This document shows positions 28,923-38,839 of a DNA stretch of 64,000 bases, in pieces. A model generated the notes under the pieces. It worked only from the letters and a program-made list of their open reading frames with translations. It made no database searches and was not told the DNA's origin. The DNA is from an uncultured delta proteobacterium. Its GTDB lineage: Bacteria; Desulfobacterota; Binatia; Binatales; Binataceae. Made by a program: the position numbers and the translations under genes. Position 1 is the first letter of the stretch; the number at the start of each line of letters is the position of its first letter. The stretch lies in NCBI GenBank assembly GCA_963794325.1, contig CAWCDG010000004.1, positions 1,280,001 to 1,344,000 of the forward strand. The letters are read 5' to 3'.

Positions 28923-30143
28923 ATGACACAAGAGCCCTACATACTTATCACCGCTGACACCCACGGGGGCGGCAGCCATGCCCAATATCGCGAATACCTC
29001 GATCCCCAGTGGCGCGAGGCCTTTGACGAATGGCGCGGCGGATACAAGAACCCGTCCCAGGAGCACTACGGCTCCAAAAAGATGAGGAACTGGGATTACG
29101 GCATCCGCAACAAGGACCAGGACAGTCAGGGAGTCGTCGGCGAGGTAGTATTTCCCAACACAGTCCCGCCGTTCTATCGCAAGAGCATCGTCACGGCCCA
29201 TCCGCCTAAGCCTGAAAACTACGAGCGGTGCCTGGCGGGTATCCGTGCTCACAATCGCTGGCTAAAGGACTTCTGTGACGAGGATCCAGTGCGGCGCGCC
29301 GGGATTGGACTGATTCTGCCGAATGACTTCGACGAAGCGATCAAGGATATCGAGTTCATAGCCAAGTCGGGGCTGCGCGGCGGCGTTCTGCTGCCGCTCA
29401 TTCCGCCGGACGCTTACTGGCTGAAGCCGCTCTTTCATCCATCCTGGGACAGGGTGTTTGCCGCTATCCAGGATCATGGCCTCGTCCTCAATCAGCATAC
29501 GGGCCAGGGCTTGCCGGACTACGGCGATGACGTGGTGGGCCAATCGATATGGATCCAGGACGTGGCCTACTACGGTCAAGCCGGCTACCGGCATCTCCTG
29601 ATGGCCGGCGTGTACGAGAAGTTCCCGAAGCTCAGGCACATCCTGACCGAGTCGGGCTGCTACTGGGTTCCAGAAGTACTCAAGCAGCTCGACCGTGCTT
29701 ACTACGCGATCAAGGCGGGTGCCTTGGGCGAGATGAACTATGCGGGAATGGAAATGCCGCTGAAAGCGCCGCCCAGCGAGTATGCGAAGCGTCACTGCTA
29801 CTACGGCGCGAGCTTCCCTAGCAAAGCCGATCTCGCGGGCATCGATGAGATCGGTGAGGATCACGTCCTGTGGGGCAACGACTATCCTCACTATGAGGGA
29901 ACCTTTCCATACAACCTACAATCCCTGCGCCTGACCTTCGGCGATATGCCAGAGCCGCGTCGGCGAAAGGTGCTGGGATTGAACGCCGCGGCGCTCTACA
30001 ACTTCGACTTGCAGGAGTTGAAGCTTCGGGCGTCAAAAGTTGGTCCGACACCTGCGCAAGTGGAGACTCCGCTGCCGCGCGAAGAAATCCCTCGTGACAG
30101 TGCTTGCTATCTCTTCCGGGACGCCCTTCAGGAGGCATCCTAG
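28923..30143 (+). CDS. Amidohydrolase-2 family protein
   Basis: ITADTH, AHNRWL.DFC, LWGNDYPHYEG. Confidence 0.9.
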   Translation: MTQEPYILITADTHGGGSHAQYREYLDPQWREAFDEWRGGYKNPSQEHYGSKKMRNWDYGIRNKDQDSQGVVGEVVFPNTVPPFYRKSIVTAHPPKPENYERCLAGIRAHNRWLKDFCDEDPVRRAGIGLILPNDFDEAIKDIEFIAKSGLRGGVLLPLIPPDAYWLKPLFHPSWDRVFAAIQDHGLVLNQHTGQGLPDYGDDVVGQSIWIQDVAYYGQAGYRHLLMAGVYEKFPKLRHILTESGCYWVPEVLKQLDRAYYAIKAGALGEMNYAGMEMPLKAPPSEYAKRHCYYGASFPSKADLAGIDEIGEDHVLWGNDYPHYEGTFPYNLQSLRLTFGDMPEPRRRKVLGLNAAALYNFDLQELKLRASKVGPTPAQVETPLPREEIPRDSACYLFRDALQEAS

Positions 30144-30145
30144 GC

Positions 30146-31009
30146 ATGGGGATGCCGGCCGACATTGGCATAGTCGATACGATGATCGGCTTTCCCGCCG
30201 AAGATTTCAAAATGTACGATTTTATCCGCGCGCAGCTCAAAGATCCGTCGGCGAAATTCGATTTCCCTGTCGAGTACATGTTTAAGAGCGTGCCGAAAGA
30301 GTTGTACGGGTCGTCAAAGGATCCGATTGCGGTGACCTTGCACGAGATGGATCGGTTCGGCATCGAGATAGGTCTCATCGGCGCCGGCGGAGAAGTCTCA
30401 ACCAAGGCACTGAAGGACCATCCGGACAGGTTCATCCCCATCGGCAACGTGGACCCTAACCGTGGCATGGACGGCATCCGCGACATGGTGCGGCAGCACG
30501 AAATGTATGGTGTGCGCGCCTTCGGCGCGTTCAACGCGGGCTACAATCCGCAAGTAGGTATCGGCGACCCGTTGATGTACCCAATCTACGCCAAGTGCGT
30601 CGAGCTGGGCGTCCCAATCTTCGCCTGCGCCGGCGTCCCGGGCCCGAGGTTTCCTATGTGGCCACAGGAAGTACGACTGATCGATCAGGTTATGTACGAC
30701 TTCCCGGAACTGGTCTTTGTGACCCGTCACGGCTGCGAACCGTGGGAAGACCTGGCGATCAAGCTGATGCTGAAATGGCCCAACCTATACTATTCGACTT
30801 CCGCCTTTGCGCCCAAGCACTACCCGGAAGCCATCATTCGTTACGCCAATACTCGAGGCGCAGACCGGATCATCTATGCGGGCTACTTCCCGATGGGCCT
30901 GTCGCTCGAGCGGATCATGACCGACATGAAGTCAGTGCCCTTCAATGACAACGTCTGGCCGAAGTTCTTGCGCGACAACGCCCGCAAGGTATTGAAGTTG
31001 AAGGCCTGA
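30146..31009 (+). CDS. Amidohydrolase-2 family protein
   Basis: YPIYAKCVELGVP, FPELVFVTRHG, KWPNLY..TSAFAP, NARKVL. Confidence 0.88.
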   Translation: MGMPADIGIVDTMIGFPAEDFKMYDFIRAQLKDPSAKFDFPVEYMFKSVPKELYGSSKDPIAVTLHEMDRFGIEIGLIGAGGEVSTKALKDHPDRFIPIGNVDPNRGMDGIRDMVRQHEMYGVRAFGAFNAGYNPQVGIGDPLMYPIYAKCVELGVPIFACAGVPGPRFPMWPQEVRLIDQVMYDFPELVFVTRHGCEPWEDLAIKLMLKWPNLYYSTSAFAPKHYPEAIIRYANTRGADRIIYAGYFPMGLSLERIMTDMKSVPFNDNVWPKFLRDNARKVLKLKA

Positions 31010-31033
31010 ACGAGGACCCGGCTCTCAGGCGTT

Positions 31034-31807
31034 TCAGTCCTTGATCACGATCCAGGTGGGTGCGTGGTCGCTCGCTTTTTCCCAGCCGCGGACCTCGCGA
31101 TCGACGCCTGCACTCACCAGACGTGGAGCGGCCGACGGACTGAGTAGCAGATGGTCGATGCGCAGGCCGGCGTTGCGCGCATAGTTATTTCGGAAGTAAT
31201 CCCAGAAGGTGTAGATGCGCTCATCCGGATGCAGCTTGCGGATCGCGTCGGTCCATCCCATCGCGACAAGATTAGCGAACGCGGTCCTTACCTCCGGCAG
31301 ATAGAGCGCATCCTTAACCCAATGTTCGGGCTTATAGACGTCATTCTCGGTCGGGATAACATTGTAATCGCCCGCGAGAACGATCGGCTCTTTCGTAGCC
31401 AGCAGGTCTTGCGCGTGTTTCGTAAGTCGCTCCAACCACCGCAGCTTGTAATCGAACTTCGGGCCGGGCGCGGGATTACCGTTGGGCAGATAGAGGCATC
31501 CGACGCGCACGCCATTGATCATCGCCTCGATGTAGCGGCTATGCAGGTCCTCTGAATCGCCGGGCAGCGCGCGCCGACTCTCGACCGGATCTGCGCCCCG
31601 CGCGAGGATCGCGACACCGTTCCAGCTTTTCTGCCCGTGCCAGACGACCCCATAGCCGGCGTCGCGAACACTGGCTTCCGGAAATTTCTCCTGAGGCGCC
31701 TTCAACTCCTGAAGGCACGCAACATCCGGTTTGGATTCCGCGAGCCAGCGGATCAGCGCCGGCAGGCGAGCGCCGATGCCGTTGACGTTGTAGGTCGCGA
31801 TCTTCAT
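31034..31807 (-). CDS. xth: Exodeoxyribonuclease III
   Basis: ATYNVNG, LQELK, GDYN, GLRIDH, SDHAP. Confidence 0.96.
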   Translation of the reverse strand: MKIATYNVNGIGARLPALIRWLAESKPDVACLQELKAPQEKFPEASVRDAGYGVVWHGQKSWNGVAILARGADPVESRRALPGDSEDLHSRYIEAMINGVRVGCLYLPNGNPAPGPKFDYKLRWLERLTKHAQDLLATKEPIVLAGDYNVIPTENDVYKPEHWVKDALYLPEVRTAFANLVAMGWTDAIRKLHPDERIYTFWDYFRNNYARNAGLRIDHLLLSPSAAPRLVSAGVDREVRGWEKASDHAPTWIVIKD

Positions 31808-31861
31808 CAGGCCGTCGATAAAAACCTGTCACATTGCGCCAATGGTTTGTAGACTTAGCTG

Positions 31862-33169
31862 GTGCCGAAGGAAGACGCCACCGAATTGCTCTCGATCGAT
31901 GGACGCGAGATCCGCGTCAGCAATCCGCGGAAGCTGTACTTCTCGAAGCAGACCAGGCTCACGAAACTGGAGCTGGTTCGCTACTACTTGTCGATCGCGC
32001 CGGGCGCGCTCGCCGGAATCCGCGACCGTCCCATCGTCCTCAAGCGCTACGTCAACGGCGCCGACGGTGAGGCGTTCTATCAAAAGCGCGCACCGGCGCA
32101 GCGTCCGTCGTGGCTGCGAACGATCACGCTCGCGTTTCCGTCGGGACGCACCGCGGAAGAGATCGTGGTCGATGACAGTGCGGGGCTTGCATGGGTCGTC
32201 AATCTCGGATGCATCGAGCTGCATCCGCATCCGGTGCGCTCCGGCGATCTCGATCATCCCGATGAGTTGAGGGTCGATCTCGATCCTGGTCCCGGCGTCA
32301 GTTGGGCGGACGTGCGCGCGGTCGCGCTCGAGGTGAAGTCGCTGCTCGATGAGATGGGCCTTCGCGGCTGGCCCAAAACCAGCGGATCGCGCGGGATGCA
32401 TATCAATGTGCGGATTCATCCGCGATGGACCTTCGACGAGGTGCGTCGCGCGGCGCTCGCCCTGTCGCGAGCGGTCGAACGTCGCGCGCCCACCATCGCC
32501 ACATCGAAATGGTGGAAGGAGGAGCGGCACGGCGTGTTCCTCGACTACAATCAGAACGCGAAGGACCGCACTACCTGCTCTGCATATTCTGTGCGGCCGG
32601 TGCCCGACGCTCGCGTCTCTGCGCCGCTGCACTGGCACGAGGTTCCCGACTGCGACCCGTCCGACTTCACCGTGCTCACAATTCCAAAACGGTTCGCTGA
32701 GATTGGCGATCCGAATAAAGGCATCGACGCGGCGCCGGGGACGCTCGAGAAGCTCTTAGAAGTGGCGGCTCAAGACGAGGCCGCGGGCCTCGGCGACGCG
32801 CCATGGCCTCCGCACTTCCGCAAGACGGAAAGCGAACCGCGTCGAGTTGCGCCGTCGCGCGCCAGGTCCGTCACCAAGGCGCCGCGAACGAAGATGCCTC
32901 TGATTACGATTGCGAACTCGCCAAACAAGGAGGCTGCGCTTGCGGGTCTCGAGAGATGGAAACTCAAACATGTCGAGGTTGCGAAGCTGCTCGCCGCCGA
33001 TGACGTGCTGGTCGATTCGATGCGCGGACGGTCGTCCACCTGGACGCGGATCAGAATCAACCTGCGCCATGTGCCCGAGGAGCTACGCCCTGTGAATGAA
33101 ATTCCTGATCCCGATGACGACCCAACTCGCGAATGGCGCAACATGCGCACGTCGAAGAAGAGCACTTGA
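31862..33169 (+). CDS. Standalone LigD-type primase-polymerase (Prim-PolC-like) with C-terminal extension
   Basis: FYQKR, HPDELRVDLDP, KTSGSRGMH, FLDYNQN, SAYSVR. Confidence 0.92.
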   Translation: MPKEDATELLSIDGREIRVSNPRKLYFSKQTRLTKLELVRYYLSIAPGALAGIRDRPIVLKRYVNGADGEAFYQKRAPAQRPSWLRTITLAFPSGRTAEEIVVDDSAGLAWVVNLGCIELHPHPVRSGDLDHPDELRVDLDPGPGVSWADVRAVALEVKSLLDEMGLRGWPKTSGSRGMHINVRIHPRWTFDEVRRAALALSRAVERRAPTIATSKWWKEERHGVFLDYNQNAKDRTTCSAYSVRPVPDARVSAPLHWHEVPDCDPSDFTVLTIPKRFAEIGDPNKGIDAAPGTLEKLLEVAAQDEAAGLGDAPWPPHFRKTESEPRRVAPSRARSVTKAPRTKMPLITIANSPNKEAALAGLERWKLKHVEVAKLLAADDVLVDSMRGRSSTWTRIRINLRHVPEELRPVNEIPDPDDDPTREWRNMRTSKKST

Positions 33170-33179
33170 TCGGCGCGAG

Positions 33180-34259
33180 CTAGTCTCCGGCAAAAATCGC
33201 TTTCAGCTCGTGCGGCGGAACGACTTCGAGCTGCGCGTAGGTGCAATCGCGCGGACTCTTGTCGGTGCGCCACCTCCGGAACTGCGCCATATGACGGAAG
33301 CGAGTGCCCTGCATATGCTCGTATGCGACTTCGACGATCAGCTCGGGTCTGAGCGGCTCCCACGATAAGTCCTTGCCGTGACTCCAACGGCTCTGCCCGC
33401 CGGGCATCCGATGCGTCGCGTCATCTGAAGTAGGTGCCGCCCACGACTCCCACGGATGATCGGCGAGCGCGTCGCGACGATAGGGCGCCAGAAATTTCAC
33501 CAGCTCCTGGCGCCTGGACTGCGTGAAGCTCGCGCAGACGCCGACGTGTTGCAGCGCGCCCGAACCGTCATACAGGCCGAGCAGCAGCGAGCCCACTGCC
33601 GTGCCCTCGCCGTTTTTATGCCATCGAAAGCCGGCTACGACGCAATCGCAGTCGCGCTCGTGCTTGACCTTGAACATCACGCGCTTGTCGGGCTGATAGG
33701 TGCCGGAAATCGGCTTGGCCATAACGCCGTCAAGGCCCGCGCCTTCGAAGCGCTTGAACCAATCCGATGCGACGGCTGGTTCACGCGTTGCCGGAGTCAG
33801 ATGGAGCGGCGGCATCGCGCTCGCCAGCATCGACTCGAGCTTTTCGCGCCGCCGCTCGAACGGTTCGGTCCGCCAATCGCGGTCCCCTTCGCATAGCAGG
33901 TCGAAAAACACGATCGATGCGGGACTCTGCTGTGAAAGCAGTTTGACCCGCGACGCCGCAGGATGAATCCGAAGCTGCAATTCCTCGAAATCGAGGCCAT
34001 CGTTTTTTGCGAGCACGATTTCGCCGTCGAGAACGCATCGAGCAGGCAGCTGCACTTTGAGCGGCTCGAGCAATTCGGGAAAGTAGCGATTCAACGATTT
34101 CGTATCGCGGCTCTGAATCAGGATTTCGTCGCCATCGCGAAAAATCAGCGCGCGAAACCCGTCCCACTTGGGTTCGAAGATCCATAACTGGCCCGCAGGT
34201 AACTCGTCGATTCGCTTGGCGAGCATCGGCAGCACCGGCGGATTCGCAGGAAGGTTCAC
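33180..34259 (-). CDS. ligC: ATP-dependent DNA ligase (LigC-type)
   Basis: PMLAK, EPKWDGFR, LDGEIV, DGVMAK, MFKVK, FRH..QF.RWRTDK. Confidence 0.92.
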   Translation of the reverse strand: MNLPANPPVLPMLAKRIDELPAGQLWIFEPKWDGFRALIFRDGDEILIQSRDTKSLNRYFPELLEPLKVQLPARCVLDGEIVLAKNDGLDFEELQLRIHPAASRVKLLSQQSPASIVFFDLLCEGDRDWRTEPFERRREKLESMLASAMPPLHLTPATREPAVASDWFKRFEGAGLDGVMAKPISGTYQPDKRVMFKVKHERDCDCVVAGFRWHKNGEGTAVGSLLLGLYDGSGALQHVGVCASFTQSRRQELVKFLAPYRRDALADHPWESWAAPTSDDATHRMPGGQSRWSHGKDLSWEPLRPELIVEVAYEHMQGTRFRHMAQFRRWRTDKSPRDCTYAQLEVVPPHELKAIFAGD

Positions 34260-34495
34260 GCTTCCAACGCTATTACCGTCACAGCGACGAACCAATCCCG
34301 ACGACGCATCAGGCTGTTACTTGATCATGGCGACGATTGATCGCTGAATGATCGCCGGCTCCCGCGCCGCATCGATTTCCCGATATGTAAATTTTACAGC
34401 GTCGCAGTTTAAGGAACTCAGGCGCGCCAGCGCGTTGGGCTGATCCTGTCCGGCGCGAGTTTTGCTCTATCAACAGGTAGCACGAGGTAAGGGCG

Positions 34496-35296
34496 ATGCC
34501 TGTAAGAACCCTCATATACAACGCCTACCGCGACTACAGCAGCAAGCGTTCACAGCTTCTTTCAGATCCCATCTTTCATGTCGAAGGTATTTCCAAGGAC
34601 CAGCCGGAAACGATTCTATTGATTCCGGGCTTCAGCTCCGGCGACTGGACGTTCAGCACGATGGCGCGATGGCTACACCAAATCGGTCATCGCACACACC
34701 TTTCGGGAATCAACGTCAACGTCGGATGTCCGCAACGCAAAGTCGAGCGGATGCTCGGTCGGCTGGAAGATATCTCGAGGGATGCGGGAGGCAGGATCGT
34801 TATCATCGGTCATAGCCTGGGAGGATTGGTTGGATGCGCGCTAGCTCGCAATCGTCCCGACCTGGTCCATCATGTCATCGCGATTGGTTCGCCACTGCGT
34901 AGTGGATGGCAGGCAGTCGCACCAGAAGTGCGGCCGGCGCTATTCGCGGTTCACTCATTTTTTCAGAAGTTCATCGAAACGCCGCTGGGCTGCGGAACGG
35001 AACGATGCACCTGCGATTTTTCTGTTGAAGCTTATGGAGCCCAGTTGCCGCCCGGCGTTCGGATCACCTCGATCTATTCTCGCCACGACGGGATAGTTGA
35101 TTGGAGGTTCTCCACCACCGAGTTCGGCGATAACTATGAAGTGGACGGCCTGCATACCGACCTGGTGGTGAATGTCCAGGTCTATCGGATTTTGAGCAAC
35201 CTGTTAGCCGGCTATCCGCGCGAGATCGTAAAGCTCCGCATGATGGCCGCCGCCGCATCGGACATTGAAGACGGGTCCTTAGAGATAAACTTTTAG
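34496..35296 (+). CDS. Esterase/lipase family alpha/beta hydrolase
   Basis: LIPGF, IGHSLGG, SIYSRHDGIVDW, H.DL. Confidence 0.85.
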   Translation: MPVRTLIYNAYRDYSSKRSQLLSDPIFHVEGISKDQPETILLIPGFSSGDWTFSTMARWLHQIGHRTHLSGINVNVGCPQRKVERMLGRLEDISRDAGGRIVIIGHSLGGLVGCALARNRPDLVHHVIAIGSPLRSGWQAVAPEVRPALFAVHSFFQKFIETPLGCGTERCTCDFSVEAYGAQLPPGVRITSIYSRHDGIVDWRFSTTEFGDNYEVDGLHTDLVVNVQVYRILSNLLAGYPREIVKLRMMAAAASDIEDGSLEINF

Positions 35297-35336
35297 CCTG
35301 ACCGTCGCGGATTTTCTTTGCTATCTTCTGGGAACC

Positions 35337-36308
35337 TTGAGATTCGCACTGGGAATCGTGGTGGTTCTATGTCTCTTCTGCGTCGCCTCCGAGGCGAACG
35401 CGGCCTCATCGAGCCCATCCGCAACGCCGGCTCCGACCGAGATACTTTCTATCGGCGGCGCCACTATCAATGTGGAGATCGAGCCGGGCGCTCTTACTTT
35501 GTCACGCACTCAGGTACTCGACTGGGTTCGACGATCGGCTTGTGCAGTGACCGAATACTATGGCGGCTTTCCCGTTCGAAACGTGAACGTGAAAGTCGTG
35601 CCAATTGACGAAGGCAAGGGTGTACTCTTTGGCAGGACGGTCCTGGTCGATAACACTCTTGTCATAAGAGTCGGCTTATCGAGGCTCGCCACAGATTCAA
35701 GCCTGCATGATGACTGGGTAATGACGCATGAGATGGTGCATCTCGCATTCCCTTCGGTGTCCGACGATCACCACTGGATCGAAGAAGGGATTGCCACCTA
35801 TGTCGAGCCGATCGGCCGCGCACAGGTCGGCGATCTTCCGGCGGGGACAGTCTGGCGCGAACTGGTGGACGGCCTTCCTAAAGGACTACCTGCGCCCGGC
35901 GACCGAGGCCTCGATAACACTCACACCTGGGGCCGCACCTATTGGGGCGGCGCATTGTTCTGCCTGATGGCGGATATCGAGATTCATCAGCGCACCAACA
36001 ATCGATACGGACTCCAGGATGCATTGCGGGGGATCGTCCGCGCCGGCGGTAACATGGAACACGACTGGCCGCTCGATCGAGCTTTGAAAGCTGGAGACGA
36101 TGCCGTTGGCGTCCCGGTCCTCATCGAGTTGTACGACAGGATGAAAGCAACTCCGGTAACTCCCGACCTCTCCGCGATGTGGCGTGACTTGGGCGTTCGC
36201 CAGTCCGGCGATTCCGTAACCTTCGATCAAACCGCCCCACAAGCTTTAATCGTTCGCTCGATCATGATGAGACGATCAAGCCCGGGCGTTCCATGCGTGC
36301 GCGATTGA
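35337..36308 (+). CDS. Secreted gluzincin-like metallopeptidase
   Basis: Signal peptide, HEMVH zinc motif, downstream WIEEGIATY, TYWGGA. Confidence 0.75.
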   Translation: MRFALGIVVVLCLFCVASEANAASSSPSATPAPTEILSIGGATINVEIEPGALTLSRTQVLDWVRRSACAVTEYYGGFPVRNVNVKVVPIDEGKGVLFGRTVLVDNTLVIRVGLSRLATDSSLHDDWVMTHEMVHLAFPSVSDDHHWIEEGIATYVEPIGRAQVGDLPAGTVWRELVDGLPKGLPAPGDRGLDNTHTWGRTYWGGALFCLMADIEIHQRTNNRYGLQDALRGIVRAGGNMEHDWPLDRALKAGDDAVGVPVLIELYDRMKATPVTPDLSAMWRDLGVRQSGDSVTFDQTAPQALIVRSIMMRRSSPGVPCVRD

Positions 36309-36336
36309 ATCCATTCAACGGCAGATGCCCCGTCAT

Positions 36337-36678
36337 TCATTGGGCGGCGTAGCAGATGAACGTATCGGTTTGGTCGAACGCGGGGTCATGCGCCGGATAG
36401 CAGGCAAGCTTGGCATCCAGACTTTTGGTTTCAGAGCCCGTCGATTCCTTGCCGCTGAACATCCCCGTATAAGGCGGAGCATTACGTTGGACTGTGATGG
36501 TCCCATTTGCTTGGCCCGAATTGCCTGAATTGGCCGGACCGCCCGGGAGACCTAAGCCGCCTAACAACTGCGACAATCCATCGACACCCTGTGCCTGTGA
36601 CGAATACGGCAATATGAGACAAGACAAAAGAAGCAGCGCCGTCGCACCGATGAATAGTGTTGATCGCGTGATTCTCAT
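36337..36678 (-). CDS. Hypothetical secreted protein
   Basis: Signal peptide ending SQA, two C-terminal Cys. Confidence 0.55.
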   Translation of the reverse strand: MRITRSTLFIGATALLLLSCLILPYSSQAQGVDGLSQLLGGLGLPGGPANSGNSGQANGTITVQRNAPPYTGMFSGKESTGSETKSLDAKLACYPAHDPAFDQTDTFICYAAQ

Positions 36679-36801
36679 ATACCCCTGGACAACGAACTCA
36701 TGTCGTCCCACTGAAAGACGAAACCCTTCCACGCGGGTTACAAGAATAATCGAAAATGAGGCGCAGCGAACTTCCAGCGAATCTCTAAGTTGTGAGTGTC
36801 A

Positions 36802-37083
36802 TCAGGCCCGGGCGCGCGCCCATGCCTGGAGCTCCTTGATTTGGGTGTATCCGCCGCTGCCCTCGACGATGCCCTGCTTGCGGGCATCATGAATACAGTC
36901 CACCGGACACAGCGGAACGCAGAAGCCGCAGTCGATGCACTCTTCGAGCACGATCGCGAATCGCCCCAGGAAGTCCTCTTCTACGCGGTAGATCGCATCG
37001 ACCTTGCCGGGGCAGGCGTGATCGCACGCACCGCATCCGATGCAAGTCTCGTCGATATAGTAGTGTCCAGCCCTATGCGCCAT
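36802..37083 (-). CDS. 2x[4Fe-4S] ferredoxin
   Basis: CIGCGACDHACP and CIDCGFCVPLCP. Confidence 0.93.
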   Translation of the reverse strand: MAHRAGHYYIDETCIGCGACDHACPGKVDAIYRVEEDFLGRFAIVLEECIDCGFCVPLCPVDCIHDARKQGIVEGSGGYTQIKELQAWARARA

Positions 37084-37088
37084 TTGGG

Positions 37089-37577
37089 CTAGCCCTCGAA
37101 GATCGTTCGAAACGCCGAGGACGCGTTGATGAATTCCTGCAGGCTCTGGTTGTAGCGGAAGAATAAATCCTTGCGCAGCGGGTCTTCCGACCAAACGCGG
37201 ATCGGCGTTCCGGGGTGGCTCAGATAGTTAAGCGTATGGGTCAGGTCGGGGCGCCCGTGACCCCGCGCGATAACCTCGATCATCTCGCGCCAAGTCGCGA
37301 GCGATGCCTCCAATGTGAAGTCGGCCCGCGCGGCGTCACCAGGCCCTGCTTCGCGCACATCCGTCGCATCGAATTCCTCAAACGTTACCAGCACGCTCCA
37401 CGGCTTCCCGCCGAGGCCGCCGTCGAGCACGCTGAACTGCGCGACGCAGTCGATGTAGCCAAGATGCTCGTGCAGGGTGCGCTTAATTTTCATCAACTGC
37501 GCGAGTCGCTCAAACCATTCGCTCGACGGGAATGCAATCGCGCGTTCCGCCGGTTCAGTGATAGTCTGCGCTTCCAT
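37089..37577 (-). CDS. SCP2/sterol-carrier-like hypothetical protein
   Basis: FPSSEW start, ADFTLEASLATWREM; TGATG coupling to the upstream gene. Confidence 0.65.
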   Translation of the reverse strand: MEAQTITEPAERAIAFPSSEWFERLAQLMKIKRTLHEHLGYIDCVAQFSVLDGGLGGKPWSVLVTFEEFDATDVREAGPGDAARADFTLEASLATWREMIEVIARGHGRPDLTHTLNYLSHPGTPIRVWSEDPLRKDLFFRYNQSLQEFINASSAFRTIFEG

Positions 37578-38767
37578 CAGTTTTGCCCCCATGGTGATTC
37601 GAGCGGAATCGTGCAGCGCTCGCGCCGGCTGAATCCAGCCCGATCGCATCGCTGCAGATACTCCTCGACCGACATCTTCCATAGCCGCCCCTGGCCTTCC
37701 ATGCCCTGATCGATCTTGTCGAGTCCGCCGCCGAGCAGGATGGCGACCGGCTCAACCAACGCGGCTTCGGTGAAAGATGTGAGGATCACCTGCTCTCCGA
37801 CGTCGGCAAATCGATGCATCTCCTCGACGGCCGCCTCGCGATCCGGCGCGTGATCGAGGTAGTTCTTGAGTTCCAACACGCCGTAAGAAACGTGGCGCGC
37901 CTCATCCTGCAGGCAGCGCCGGAAGATTTCCTTGTCGACGTGGGTTTTGGCGATCATCTCGCCCGAACGGAAAATCGAGAGCACCAACCCTTCGCCGAGC
38001 AGGTTCAACAAGAAGGTTCCCATCGTGTGCGTTGGCGCATCGATGATCGCCTTGAGTGCCCACTCGAAACCGGGCGATGCATGCAACAGACCGCCGCCCG
38101 CGATCGCACGCTTGCGGAATACCTCCTGGTGACGCGCCTCGTCCATCAACTGCGTCACAAGGAAGCTCTTCACCTCCAGGAAGTCTTGCGGGATTCGATA
38201 CAGCCACTTCGCCGGGAAATCGCCCGCGACGAATTCAACCTCGGTGAGAAAGGTGCAGAGCTGGCAAGTCGCCTTCTCGAGATCGTCAGGCAGGCGTTCG
38301 AGCTCGCTCCACGGGATGTCGCGGGTCGCGTTCCACTGGCGCGCCTTCGCTTCCTCGTACAGCGTCACGACGTTGTCGGCCCACGACTCGTCGCGGTTTA
38401 CCAAAGTGTAGGCATCCACGATCGGCATTTCGGCTGCGTACTCATCGCGAACCGAACCGCGCGCTGCGAAGTTCAGCCAGGTCGCCTTCTCCGGAATCAC
38501 GCCGTAACCGGGAACGTGGTTGACGTCCGTGTAGGTAAGTCCGCGCGAAGACGGTTTCGCGCGCTTGCCCCACGATGCCTTGTCAGTGTTCATCCAATGC
38601 AGCGAGTAGGAACCCCTCTTCATCCGCTCCGCGTTACGATCGAGGATCTCGGCCCACTTGGTGGCGTACTGCTTAAACTCGGACTCGTACGTAGCCACCG
38701 CCTCTTCATTCATCGAAGGCGAAGGTGGTAGCGGTCTCAGCGATTCGACCCGTGATGCGTTTGACAT
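37577..38767 (-). CDS. Ferritin-like diiron protein (oxygenase/desaturase-like)
   Basis: TEVE...DEARH...GEG...DEARH carboxylate/His ligand set; QWNAT.DIPW. Confidence 0.88.
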   Translation of the reverse strand: MSNASRVESLRPLPPSPSMNEEAVATYESEFKQYATKWAEILDRNAERMKRGSYSLHWMNTDKASWGKRAKPSSRGLTYTDVNHVPGYGVIPEKATWLNFAARGSVRDEYAAEMPIVDAYTLVNRDESWADNVVTLYEEAKARQWNATRDIPWSELERLPDDLEKATCQLCTFLTEVEFVAGDFPAKWLYRIPQDFLEVKSFLVTQLMDEARHQEVFRKRAIAGGGLLHASPGFEWALKAIIDAPTHTMGTFLLNLLGEGLVLSIFRSGEMIAKTHVDKEIFRRCLQDEARHVSYGVLELKNYLDHAPDREAAVEEMHRFADVGEQVILTSFTEAALVEPVAILLGGGLDKIDQGMEGQGRLWKMSVEEYLQRCDRAGFSRRERCTIPLESPWGQN

Positions 38768-38810
38768 AGATGACCTCGCTCGAAAATTTGGTGAGTCAGA
38801 ACATAGGAGA

Positions 38811-38830
38811 TATTGATAGTATTGTCAATA
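38811..38830. promoter_or_regulatory. 20-bp palindromic operator of Vibrio LuxR/SmcR type
   Basis: TATTGATAGTATTGTCAATA in the short gap between divergent genes. Confidence 0.75.
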
Positions 38831-38839
38831 GCAGCTAGG

